Source: Candidatus Melainabacteria bacterium (GTDB lineage: Bacteria > Cyanobacteriota > Vampirovibrionia > 2-02-FULL-35-15). Taken from it: DNA of 64,000 nt. The notes under the pieces are model-generated. The model saw only the letters and a list, made by a program, of their open reading frames with translations, did no database searches and was not told where the DNA came from. The stretch's first letter is position 1; the number at the start of each line of letters is the position of its first letter. The stretch is taken from positions 5,675-69,674 of the forward strand of contig JAHFBF010000004.1 in assembly GCA_023250195.1 (NCBI GenBank), read 5' to 3'. Below, piece by piece: positions 29,062-38,164 of this stretch. Made by a program: the position numbers and the translations under genes.

Positions 29062-31812
29062 ATGAAATCTTCTTTACAAAGAAAATATATTTCATTTGTT
29101 TTGTCTTTATTGACAAGCATTTGGTTTGTTTATGTTTTACCGGCCGCTTCCCAGCTTATATCAACCCCGGTAAAAAATAATTTACAGAATCAGGGGACAG
29201 GTCAAAATCCAGATGAGCAGAATGACAATAACAAAGCAACGCCTCTACTTGAACCACCGGAAGTTATACTCAATAATCAAAAAATAATATTTAACAGAAA
29301 ACCAATTTTTGATAATGAGGTATGGCTTTTCCCTCTTGAAGAAATTGCTATGAAATTACAGGATAAAGTAATCACAGATCTTGTAAGCGGGACAATTACA
29401 ATTCAAAGATCCAGGGGGAAATCAACTGTTCAGTTAAACATTAGAAATGGAATAGTAACCATAAATAACAGACCATTTAAGACATTGTTTGGATATAACA
29501 GAATAATTCCAGGAGCTGATTCACAAATGGTTCCAACAAGTGCACTTGTTATGCTTCTTGGTTTAACGTCAAAAGACAACGAAGAAGGGAAATTAATTTT
29601 AGTTAACACTGTTGGAGAAAGTAGTAATGCTGTTGGCACAGTACAACCGCTTCCCAGAAAAAATGTAAAAGATTTATTAGTAGATTACTTAACAATTACA
29701 AATTCATTTGATTGGCTGCAGAGCCAATCATTTTATACAAAAAAAACAGAGATAAACAGTGGCTTTCACAATGACAACTATGCAATAACTTCTGATTTTC
29801 TGGTAAAGTCAGGGACTAATACCCCATTAATTAATTTTGATACCGGTAATTTTTCATATTATAAAAATGCTTCTCCATTTCAAGTACATGTTGGTGATAA
29901 ACCCTTAAGTTTAGTAAAGTCACCTCTTATAGGTGGGGTTGTTATGCGTGGTCTACAGATTCAGACTGGAGGTCCATTATTAAAAGACAGCAAATTTGTA
30001 TTTGGAACCGGGTTTTTACCAACAAATGGAAAAATTTTAGGTAGAAATCTTTCATTTGTAAAATATGGAAGACTTGCAGAAGTTGCAGAATGGTCAACTT
30101 CACCAAATAAGCCATGGCAGTTTTCAATTGGGGAAGCTATTTACAACGATTCTATAATAAATCAACTTGTCAGATCAAAACAAAGTGGTGGCTTATTTGC
30201 ATTAAGTGCTACAAAAACAGGAAAATTTTTTGAAGGAGACTCTAACCTGGCATTTGGAATTACAAGTGACAAGGTTACAGGAAAAGCAAGTCAGGGTCCT
30301 GGTGGAGATATTTTAGTAAGACTAAAACCAAAAGACTGGATAAGCTTTTTTTCAAAAGGTGCCTATTACTCGCCCGGGTTCTTTTCATTATCAGGAAATC
30401 CTTTTTATCACGATAGAAACGAAGCAACCTTTGGATTAAATGTCGCTCCTCCAAGATCAAATATCGGAGTCAGTCATTCAGTAGGAAAATATAACTTAAA
30501 TTCCCAGAAACCAAACAACTATAGTGTTACAAATGTTTTTGCTTCAGCAACACCATTCAAAAATGGTCCAACCATATTATCAAGTTATTCAAAGAATGAT
30601 TCACAGGTGTCTTCCACAAGAGCTATTGACAACATACTATTCCCAATAAACATGACAAACATTTCTACAGTTGATTTCGAAACTTTAATCGAAAGAAGAA
30701 CCAATTCATTTTTTAGAACAAGCTTAATGAAAAACTGGAGAACTGTAAACTTTTCTTCCAGTGTAAATTATTTTACTTTTGCCGATGATAAACCTTTAAA
30801 ACTGACTGCGGTGGGAGGGCAGACGGTAACAAAATTCCTGACATATGATTTAAATATAAACAAATCAATTAATAGATTTGTTGGATTGCAGACATATCTG
30901 CAAGGAAGTAAATTATATAAGCAGGTAAGATTTGGAGTAAATGTTGGACCTCTTTTAGATAATAAATTAAACTTTTTATTGCAGACGGGTGCTCTTTTGC
31001 CGGAACAGGAAAGCCCCAGTTCACTTTATAGTTTGAATTTGAATTATCAAGTAAACAAAAAAACCCAGCTTAGTATGCGGTATGATAAAACAAAATTTTT
31101 GACATCTCTTTCAGGCATCTACCAATATAACCTGCGCGGAAAAAGTCCAGGTGCACTGTCTGAAATTAGAGAAGCACAGACTATTGGCAGAATAAAAGGG
31201 AGAGTTCTGGTACTTGAGGAAAATCCGAGAAAATCAACTGAGCAAAATAAAATTATCCTGCCTGGAACAACCAGAGAAAGAGGTGCTGAAAATATAAGAA
31301 TTCACCTCGGAAACTATACCATTACCACAAACAAAGACGGAACATTTGAATTCCCAAGTCTTACTCCGGATATTCATAGAGTTAGGATTGAATTCTCTGA
31401 CTTGCCTTCTTATCTAACATCAATTACTCCTGAAGCTGTAGATATAAAAGTAGAGGCCGGAAAAGAAACTAATTTTGATTTTATTCTTGCTTACTTTGGA
31501 ACACTGAGTGGAAAACTTCAGCTGGCTAATGAGCCTACAATGAAGCTGGAAGAAGAACCGGAGCTTCAGGATATCAGGGTTTACCTGGAAGGGACTGATT
31601 TTGAGACTCTAACAAATGTGGATGGTTCATTTGTCCTGGGAGATGTTAAACCAGGGAAATATAAATTAAAGGTTGACTCTGATTTCCTTCCAAAAGAATT
31701 GGAGATTGCTCCAAAAGATCTGGAAATTGAGGTTCGCGGTAAAGAAAAGGTAGAAAATGTACAACTTCCAATTAAATACAAAACCAAATCAGAAGAAATA
31801 AAAGTATTTTAG
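29062..31812 (+). CDS. large secreted beta-rich outer-membrane protein, putative usher-like pore with C-terminal carboxypeptidase-regulatory-like beta-sandwich domains
   Basis: 916 aa with a signal peptide. The long central region has alternating-hydrophobic beta-strand patterning (N/S/T/Y/F-rich), typical of an OM beta-barrel. C-terminal modules such as GRIKGRVLVLEEN..., YLEGTDFETLTNVDGSFVLGDVKPGKYKLKVDSD look like CarbopepD_reg/Cna-B-like folds. Confidence 0.35.
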   Translation: MKSSLQRKYISFVLSLLTSIWFVYVLPAASQLISTPVKNNLQNQGTGQNPDEQNDNNKATPLLEPPEVILNNQKIIFNRKPIFDNEVWLFPLEEIAMKLQDKVITDLVSGTITIQRSRGKSTVQLNIRNGIVTINNRPFKTLFGYNRIIPGADSQMVPTSALVMLLGLTSKDNEEGKLILVNTVGESSNAVGTVQPLPRKNVKDLLVDYLTITNSFDWLQSQSFYTKKTEINSGFHNDNYAITSDFLVKSGTNTPLINFDTGNFSYYKNASPFQVHVGDKPLSLVKSPLIGGVVMRGLQIQTGGPLLKDSKFVFGTGFLPTNGKILGRNLSFVKYGRLAEVAEWSTSPNKPWQFSIGEAIYNDSIINQLVRSKQSGGLFALSATKTGKFFEGDSNLAFGITSDKVTGKASQGPGGDILVRLKPKDWISFFSKGAYYSPGFFSLSGNPFYHDRNEATFGLNVAPPRSNIGVSHSVGKYNLNSQKPNNYSVTNVFASATPFKNGPTILSSYSKNDSQVSSTRAIDNILFPINMTNISTVDFETLIERRTNSFFRTSLMKNWRTVNFSSSVNYFTFADDKPLKLTAVGGQTVTKFLTYDLNINKSINRFVGLQTYLQGSKLYKQVRFGVNVGPLLDNKLNFLLQTGALLPEQESPSSLYSLNLNYQVNKKTQLSMRYDKTKFLTSLSGIYQYNLRGKSPGALSEIREAQTIGRIKGRVLVLEENPRKSTEQNKIILPGTTRERGAENIRIHLGNYTITTNKDGTFEFPSLTPDIHRVRIEFSDLPSYLTSITPEAVDIKVEAGKETNFDFILAYFGTLSGKLQLANEPTMKLEEEPELQDIRVYLEGTDFETLTNVDGSFVLGDVKPGKYKLKVDSDFLPKELEIAPKDLEIEVRGKEKVENVQLPIKYKTKSEEIKVF

Positions 31813-32017
31813 TACTAGGAGTAAGATTCTAATTTTTACTGTCTAGATATTTAATACCGATAGTACTTCTTGGTAACCAAAAAGGATTATTGAAAATAAC
31901 GGTCAATGATTTAGAAGATGATTTTTTCTTATGGCTAGGAAAAAGTTTACATTCAATTTATTTCTAAATCGAAATCTTTGTTTTAAATAACTTTTGGGTT
32001 TCTGAAAGGAAAACAAT

Positions 32018-32617
32018 ATGTTAAAACAAACGCGAGGTTTATTACTAGTATTACTTTTACTTTGTGCAAATTCAGTAGAATTGCCAGAGGTAAAAGCAGC
32101 AGCTTCTGTACCATTGGCTGTTACAGTTAACGGTTCACTCGTTATTTCTGATGCTGACAATGATGCAATGGCTGGAGTAAATCCTACAAAGAATGTTAAT
32201 TTGACTGTAACGCCTGATCTTGGACAGACAATACAAAGTGGAAATGCCAACTTTAGGGTAAGGTCAAATCGTTCAACTTGGAGGCTTACAGCTCAGAGGA
32301 CAGCTTCTGATGCTGGTGGTACGGGTATTACCGATGCGGATTTGCTGGTTGACATTGCAAAATCAGCCGGTTCAAATGCAAATGCAAATGCTGGTACATT
32401 AGTATCTCCATTTACCGGGCAAACCAACTTGTCAAGTATTACCACTGTAGCTGCTGTAGATGTTGTTAACGGAACTGCCAAAACATCATCTGCAAAAGAC
32501 AATGCTAATGCCAACAACTGGTTTCAGGTAAGCACTACATACAGCATCCAACCTGACTTTTTCTATGCACCGGGAACGTTTAGTTCTACAGTAACTTACA
32601 ACCTGGTTTCTCCATAG
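32018..32617 (+). CDS. secreted pilin-like protein, paralog 2
   Basis: Same conserved blocks as 28185..28784, with C-terminus TVTYNLVSP. Confidence 0.5.
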   Translation: MLKQTRGLLLVLLLLCANSVELPEVKAAASVPLAVTVNGSLVISDADNDAMAGVNPTKNVNLTVTPDLGQTIQSGNANFRVRSNRSTWRLTAQRTASDAGGTGITDADLLVDIAKSAGSNANANAGTLVSPFTGQTNLSSITTVAAVDVVNGTAKTSSAKDNANANNWFQVSTTYSIQPDFFYAPGTFSSTVTYNLVSP

Positions 32618-32627
32618 AAGTTGTTTT

Positions 32628-32706
32628 GTCATTCTGAACGAAGTGAAGAATCTCTGATTAATCGATAGCGGTTTATGAGATTCTTCGCCTTCGGCTCAGA
32701 ATGACA
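32628..32706. repeat. family-B MITE-like repeat between pilin paralogs 2 and 3
   Basis: gtcattctgaacgaagtgaagaatctc...gagattcttcgccttcggctcagaatgac. Confidence 0.65.
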
Positions 32707-32818
32707 TTTAGATCTATTGAAATATTTATACCAGTACATTATTTCAGTACTAAATTACCAGATAAATTTCAGAAACTTGTGGAAAATAAATATATGGAAC
32801 TAGCCTTAGAAAACATCA

Positions 32819-33421
32819 ATGAGATTAAACAAATCTTTTATCTTCACATTAATTGTGCTGTTGATTTTATTTACAGTACCAATAAAAACGTTTTCCCAAT
32901 CAGCAACAGTACCAATAAATATAAATGTTAACGGAACACTTACAATTTCTGATGCCTCAAATGATTCAAGCGCAGGTAAAAATCCAACCATAAACGTAAA
33001 TCTCTCTATAACGCCGGATCTTGGAGCTGCACCTGCTACAGGAAATGCAAACTTCAGGATAAGAACAAATAGATCTAACTGGAGACTCACTGCACAAAGG
33101 ACTTCTGAAGTTGATACAGGCCCAACAAACATTGTGGCAATGGACATAGCATTATTAGTTACTACTCAAGCCGGGACAAATGCAAATGCAATGGCTGGAA
33201 CACTTGTAGCTCCATTTACCGCAACAACAGACTTAAGCAACATATCAACAGCTGCACCGGTAGATGTAGTCAGCGGTACAGCTAAAACATCAACAGCAAG
33301 AGATAATACAAATACAAACAATTACTTCCAGATTAATACTCAATACAGCATTCTTCCTGACTTCTTCTTCCAGCCAGGGACCTGGAGAACAACCATAACC
33401 TATAATCTGGTTAGCCCTTAG
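32819..33421 (+). CDS. secreted pilin-like protein, paralog 3
   Basis: Conserved blocks, with C-terminus TTITYNLVSP. Confidence 0.5.
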   Translation: MRLNKSFIFTLIVLLILFTVPIKTFSQSATVPININVNGTLTISDASNDSSAGKNPTINVNLSITPDLGAAPATGNANFRIRTNRSNWRLTAQRTSEVDTGPTNIVAMDIALLVTTQAGTNANAMAGTLVAPFTATTDLSNISTAAPVDVVSGTAKTSTARDNTNTNNYFQINTQYSILPDFFFQPGTWRTTITYNLVSP

Positions 33422-33440
33422 AGAAGAAATAACTACATGC

Positions 33441-33517
33441 GTCATTGCGAGCCCGAAGCAATCTCCCTAACTTATTCACATTTGTGAGATTGCTTCGTCG
33501 CTAATGCTCCTCGCAAG
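33441..33517. repeat. family-C MITE-like repeat (GTCATTGCGAG...CTCGCAAGA) between paralogs 3 and 4
   Basis: gtcattgcgagcccgaagcaatctc...gagattgcttcgtcgctaatgctcctcgcaagaac. Confidence 0.6.
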
Positions 33518-33692
33518 AACATAATGTGTTTTATCCCCAAGGGTTTTCCTTAGACTTTTTAAATCAGCTACCCTTCTTAACTAAATATTATTTGAATACT
33601 GCAAAAATTGACGATGGTAGTATCTATGAACTAGACTTAAAAGACTATACTTTAAGTGTAGATTCCTAGCCAAAACAATCATCTTCCATTTC

Positions 33693-34307
33693 ATGACCAC
33701 TCAAAAAAACACAACAAGTTTTTTCTTAGTACTTATAGTCTCTTGTTGTGTTTTTTTTATTTCAGGTGATTTAACTGCAAGCTCAAATCAGGCTACCGTA
33801 CCCATTAATATCACTGTTGCCGGCAAACTAATTATTACTGATGCTGAAAATGATAATAACTCCAGTGCTAATCCAACCCTGAATGTGAATTTAAAATTAG
33901 TCCCTGATTTAAGCAATTCAACTGTTTCAGGTTCATCTTCAGTCAGAATAAGAACAAATCTGAATTCATGGAAGCTGACTGCTCAGAGAAGTAATTTAGC
34001 TGACCCACTGGTTAACATAGATCCCAGAGATATTGCACTAAATTTTACAACTCAGGCTGGGTCAAAAGCAAATCCAAATGCAGGAAAATTATTATCTCCA
34101 TTTAATAAAGCTGCTGATTTAAGCTACATATCAACAAACAGCCCTACAGATGTTTTAATCGGAGTAAGTAAAACCTCCCTTGATAAAGATCCTGAAAATA
34201 GAAACAACTGGTTTCAGCTTACATCAAACTACAGCGTTTCACCGGATTTCTTCTACGAAATCGGAGAATGGAATACAACTGTCAGCTATAGTTTAGTTAG
34301 TCCGTAG
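33693..34307 (+). CDS. secreted pilin-like protein, paralog 4
   Basis: Conserved blocks; more divergent; C-terminus TVSYSLVSP. Confidence 0.5.
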   Translation: MTTQKNTTSFFLVLIVSCCVFFISGDLTASSNQATVPINITVAGKLIITDAENDNNSSANPTLNVNLKLVPDLSNSTVSGSSSVRIRTNLNSWKLTAQRSNLADPLVNIDPRDIALNFTTQAGSKANPNAGKLLSPFNKAADLSYISTNSPTDVLIGVSKTSLDKDPENRNNWFQLTSNYSVSPDFFYEIGEWNTTVSYSLVSP

Positions 34308-34312
34308 ATTAT

Positions 34313-34466
34313 GTCATTGGAGGATATCTCAAAACTCTGTCTATGGAGATTAGCTATTTTTCTGACAAAATAGAAAGAGTGAAAGTAGCTTGTCATTCCC
34401 GCGAAAGCGGGAATCCAGTATCGGTAGCAGTCTTGTCTGGATTCCCTGGTCGAGCCAGGGAATGAC
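34313..34466. repeat. compound MITE (E unit plus D unit) between paralogs 4 and 5
   Basis: gtcattggaggatatctcaaaactctgtctatgg...gtcattcccgcgaaagcgggaatccag...ctggattccctggtcgagccagggaatgac. Its reverse complement matches 48759-48912. Confidence 0.7.
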
Positions 34467-34506
34467 ATTTATATTCAGCCATCATTCAAAGACTTATAAT
34501 TAACAT

Positions 34507-35061
34507 ATGACCTTTCCAAGAATTCTTTTTCTGTTTATATTTATTTTTTTAATCCTAGTATTTCCAATAAATTCATTGGCCTGTTTATCAATTACAGATG
34601 ATTTAAATACTCCAAACCCAATTATAAATGCAAGTTTTAGTTTTCAGCCTGATATAAATCCTTTTACTGATTGCTGGTCAGGTGCAATGAGAATTCGCAG
34701 TGATAAAAATGGCTGGAGACTTGTAGCCACGAGAGTTGGACCAAGTTCTTCAAATGCAGAAGGGAACTCTCAGGATAACGTTATGGCAAATGATATAACA
34801 CTTAATATATCAGTTCAGGCATTTGGGCAGGCAGATTCAAATGGTGCGATCTTAGTCTCTCCCTTTTCTTCACAGACAGAGTTATCTTCAATCCAATCCG
34901 GAACTTTTATAATATCGGGAGTTAAAAAATCAAGCAATAGTTGCTCTTCGTTCAATCCAAGCTACTACAAAGTTACCAAAAAACTTTGTTTGTTCCGGGA
35001 TTTTATCTTTAACCCCGGAGCATATAATGGTCAGGTATCTTATATTCTTATTAATCCATAA
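34507..35061 (+). CDS. secreted pilin-like protein, paralog 5 (most divergent, 4 Cys)
   Basis: It shares W.GAMRIRSDKNGWRLVATR and a C-terminal NPGAYNGQVSYILINP with the family. Confidence 0.45.
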   Translation: MTFPRILFLFIFIFLILVFPINSLACLSITDDLNTPNPIINASFSFQPDINPFTDCWSGAMRIRSDKNGWRLVATRVGPSSSNAEGNSQDNVMANDITLNISVQAFGQADSNGAILVSPFSSQTELSSIQSGTFIISGVKKSSNSCSSFNPSYYKVTKKLCLFRDFIFNPGAYNGQVSYILINP

Positions 35062-35098
35062 ACTAACAATGAGGGATATTAAATTTAAACTTAAAACT

Positions 35099-36079
35099 AT
35101 GAATAATTTAAACTTAAAGTTGTTTTCTTTATTAGCCAGCCTGATTATTATTTCTATATTTTGTGATCAGGCATTGGCCTGGACTGTTTCACCGGTCAGG
35201 TTTGAAGTAAAAGCACAAAAAGGGAAAGAGTACACTTTAACTTTTGCAGTTTTAAATGAAAGTCAGCTCTATCAAAAAAGGTTTGAGATTCAGACTGATG
35301 ACTGGATTATAAACAAAAATAATGACTTCCTTCGAAAAGCATTTACTGAGGGGGTCGAAAATAAACATTCAGCAACATCCTGGATAAAAGTTACACCAAT
35401 GCAGTTTGTAGTGCCGCCGGGAGAAACAAAAAATATAAGGTTTACTATTTCTGTCCCAAATGATGTTTCTGCAGATGGAGATTATACAGCAGGAATTTTT
35501 GTTGGGGAAAAAAATATTGAAAAGCCGCCAAAAGGGGAAAAAATAGTTCACATAAAGCAGGATACATTTATTGGAGTCATTGCCTATGTACAAATTGGGG
35601 AAGAAAAACATTCTGTCATTCTAAAAAATTTGAAAGTAAAATCAAAGTCGATTTCCAAAGGGTTAAACAAAGTTACAATCCTGCCTACTTATGAAAGTCA
35701 GGGGAATGTTCATGCAAGAGGACAAATACAAATAAAACTGGAGCCACTTTCAAAGATTGAGATAAAAGAAACAAAAGCAGAAGTTGAAAAGAGTAATGAT
35801 CAGGTAAATTTAAAAAACACAAATGCAATGTCTGTTGAACCTGCTCCAGAGGAAGAAGATAAGATAAAAGAACTTAATGCCGGTGAAGTAGTGATTCTTC
35901 GAGAATCAGAGGTTACCTACCCAATTGATTTTCCTTTCCCGGTTCCAGAAAACAGTGAATGGAAAATTACAGTAAAAACTGATTTTGGAGATTATGCTCC
36001 TGTTTTGGTTGGGACAAAAACTTATAAGGTGCCTTTGGCTGAAATGCCGGTAATATCGCCTAAAGAAAAGAAGAAGTAA
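35099..36079 (+). CDS. putative PapD-like periplasmic pilus chaperone with a C-terminal extension
   Basis: Signal peptide MNNLNLKLFSLLASLIIISIFCDQALA. VSPVRFEVKAQKGKEYTLTFAVLNESQ...WIKVTPMQFVVPPGETKNIRFTISVP resembles the PapD N-domain (VTPPxFRLxPGxxQxxRI). The listed track start at 35027 overlaps paralog 5. Confidence 0.4.
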   Translation: MNNLNLKLFSLLASLIIISIFCDQALAWTVSPVRFEVKAQKGKEYTLTFAVLNESQLYQKRFEIQTDDWIINKNNDFLRKAFTEGVENKHSATSWIKVTPMQFVVPPGETKNIRFTISVPNDVSADGDYTAGIFVGEKNIEKPPKGEKIVHIKQDTFIGVIAYVQIGEEKHSVILKNLKVKSKSISKGLNKVTILPTYESQGNVHARGQIQIKLEPLSKIEIKETKAEVEKSNDQVNLKNTNAMSVEPAPEEEDKIKELNAGEVVILRESEVTYPIDFPFPVPENSEWKITVKTDFGDYAPVLVGTKTYKVPLAEMPVISPKEKKK

Positions 36080-36140
36080 AAGCAGGTTTTAAATCTGCTT
36101 CAATAGAAAAAGAAATAAAGAAAATTTAGGCAGAAATTAT

Positions 36141-36620
36141 TTACACCCACAAATTTCCTAAATATTCTAATTTGCTAAACCCTTCGTTATATGCTTTTAT
36201 GATTTTATCTGCAACAGGAGGATAAAGAGTGATTTTTTCTAACTCAAGAATAGGTTTGTAAGCTGCGTCAGCTAACATGGGTTCATCACCTACTTTTAAT
36301 TCACCACCAAGAACTTCACCGGTTGCATAAATATTTATTATATGCCTGCTTCTGTCCGGTGCAATTGCTTCTGATAAAAATACAACTTTTCCAAATTTAA
36401 TATCCAGATTTGTTTCTTCTTTTAATTCTCTGACACCACAGGTTGCAAAGTCTTCACCATATTCAATTCGCCCACCTGGTAAAACCCAGTAATATCTATT
36501 TGCTTTTTTATGCTGAACAAGCAGTATTTCTTTTTTTTCATTAACAATAATTACTGAAACCCTGAAATTAGGTCTCTGCGGAAAACTTTTTCTAGTTCCA
36601 AAGTTAGGATTTGATGACAT
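36141..36620 (-). CDS. NUDIX hydrolase
   Basis: Nudix box LPGGRIEYGEDFATCGVRELKEETNLD. Confidence 0.8.
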   Translation of the reverse strand: MSSNPNFGTRKSFPQRPNFRVSVIIVNEKKEILLVQHKKANRYYWVLPGGRIEYGEDFATCGVRELKEETNLDIKFGKVVFLSEAIAPDRSRHIINIYATGEVLGGELKVGDEPMLADAAYKPILELEKITLYPPVADKIIKAYNEGFSKLEYLGNLWV

Positions 36621-36640
36621 ATTGGATTTATATTCTTAAT

Positions 36641-36726
36641 TTGCTTCGTCGGCTTTGCAAAATACCTCCGATAGATTCAATCTATCGCCATCCAGGTTTT
36701 GCCAATTTAATTGGACAAAACCTTTC
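36641..36726. repeat. family-A MITE-like repeat
   Basis: ttgcttcgtcggctttgcaaaat...ggttttgccaatttaattggacaaaacc. Confidence 0.55.
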
Positions 36727-36835
36727 TTTATGAATTTTGTTAGATTAGTCATCTTGCAAATGGGGAGAAACTGTAACTAGTAAATATTATACACGATTAA
36801 ACACTAAATTAAACAGATAAGATAACATTTTCTAC

Positions 36836-38164
36836 ATGGCAGTTTCATTCTTAAACTTATTAGACAAATTTAGACCTCATAAAGTTTATAAACCATCACC
36901 TCTTTTAGGTGTAACTCAATTTTTTGTTTTAGCTTCTTTCTGGTTTTTAATTATTTATGGAGCAACAGTAGTTACAACAATTTTATTTGCTAAGTTTATT
37001 CCGGATATTTTATACAATTTAAAACTATTTGCAATTGCAGATATAGTTTATTACCTTGCTCCTTTAATTGCAGTTATGGTTCTTATACCGGCAAATGCTA
37101 CTTTTCTTGTTTTAAATGAAAGAAAAATATTAGCATTACTTACAGTAAGATCCGGACCAAACCGTGTTGGACCAAATGGCTTTTTACAAACTGCCGCTGA
37201 TGCCGTAAAGCTTTTATTTAAAGAAGATATCACTCCGAAAGGTGCTGACAAATTGCTTTTTACCCTGGCACCAGTAATATTTTTTGCACCAAGTGTTATT
37301 GCATTTATTCCAATTTTAGCTGTTGCAACCAACAACAGTGGTCCGTTTATTTCATGTGACCTGTCTATAGGGTTACTTTTTATTCTTGCTGTTTCATCAA
37401 TTCCTGTTTTAGGACTTGTTCTTGGGGGCTGGGCTAGTAACAATAAATATTCTTTAATTGGCGGTTTGCGCAGTGCAGCGCAGGCAATAAGCTATGAAAT
37501 CCCAATGGTTCTAACAATAATAAGTATGATTGTTTTAACGGGCTCAATTAATTTAAATGAAATTGCAAACAATCAGGTTGGGGGAATTTTAAAATGGAAC
37601 TTATTTGCATTTGGTAATTTACATTTACTGCTAAATTTATTTCCACTTGGAAAGAATTCTCTTATAGGTTTATATGCACTTGTACTTTTAATGGTCTGTT
37701 TTATTTTGTTTTTTATGTATCTTGTATCTGCCTGTGCAGAGGTAAACAGAATTCCGTTTGATCTCCCGGAAGCTGAAAGCGAGCTTGTTTCAGGATACAA
37801 TACAGAGTTTACTGGAATGAAATTTGCACTTTTCTTCCTGGCTGAATACACGGCATTATTTATAATTTGCTGTCTTGCTTCAATTTTATTTCTTGGAGGA
37901 GGGCATCTGCCTGTTTCAATCGGAGATGAAAATAAAATAATTGAATCACTTGCAAATACACGCTTTGGAGATTTAAGCTGGCTTTTACCATCAACCGTAT
38001 TAATGCTGAAAGCATATGTTTTAATCTTTGTTTCTGTTTGGGTCAGAGCTACTTTGCCAAGATTACGCTATGATCAACTCATGACGTTTAGTTGGAAATT
38101 TCTAATCCCTCTGTCATTAATAAATATTTTTGTAGTAGCAGTGCTGGTAAGTTTAAAACCATGA
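36836..38164 (+). CDS. nuoH: NADH-quinone oxidoreductase subunit H with an N-terminal extension of about 50 aa
   Basis: LNERKILALLTVRSGPNRVGPNGFLQTAADAVKLLFKED is the NuoH signature. About 85 residues, including an extra hydrophobic segment, precede it, against about 35 in E. coli. Confidence 0.85.
   Translation: MAVSFLNLLDKFRPHKVYKPSPLLGVTQFFVLASFWFLIIYGATVVTTILFAKFIPDILYNLKLFAIADIVYYLAPLIAVMVLIPANATFLVLNERKILALLTVRSGPNRVGPNGFLQTAADAVKLLFKEDITPKGADKLLFTLAPVIFFAPSVIAFIPILAVATNNSGPFISCDLSIGLLFILAVSSIPVLGLVLGGWASNNKYSLIGGLRSAAQAISYEIPMVLTIISMIVLTGSINLNEIANNQVGGILKWNLFAFGNLHLLLNLFPLGKNSLIGLYALVLLMVCFILFFMYLVSACAEVNRIPFDLPEAESELVSGYNTEFTGMKFALFFLAEYTALFIICCLASILFLGGGHLPVSIGDENKIIESLANTRFGDLSWLLPSTVLMLKAYVLIFVSVWVRATLPRLRYDQLMTFSWKFLIPLSLINIFVVAVLVSLKP

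Noticed and set aside
28460-33147. Short antisense ORFs inside the pilin-like paralogs (28460..28678, 32293..32517, 32806..33147, 31903..32250)
   Set aside because: They are reverse-strand shadows of the conserved paralog coding sequences.
34286-34468. 60-aa ORF (..WIPAFAGMTSYFHSFYFVRKIAN..), and its twin at 48610..48900
   Set aside because: Both are translations of the compound E+D MITE repeat, in opposite orientations. They are not genes.
37051-37851. Minus-strand ORFs inside nuoH (37051..37443, 37573..37851)
   Set aside because: They lie antisense to a confidently identified membrane subunit gene.
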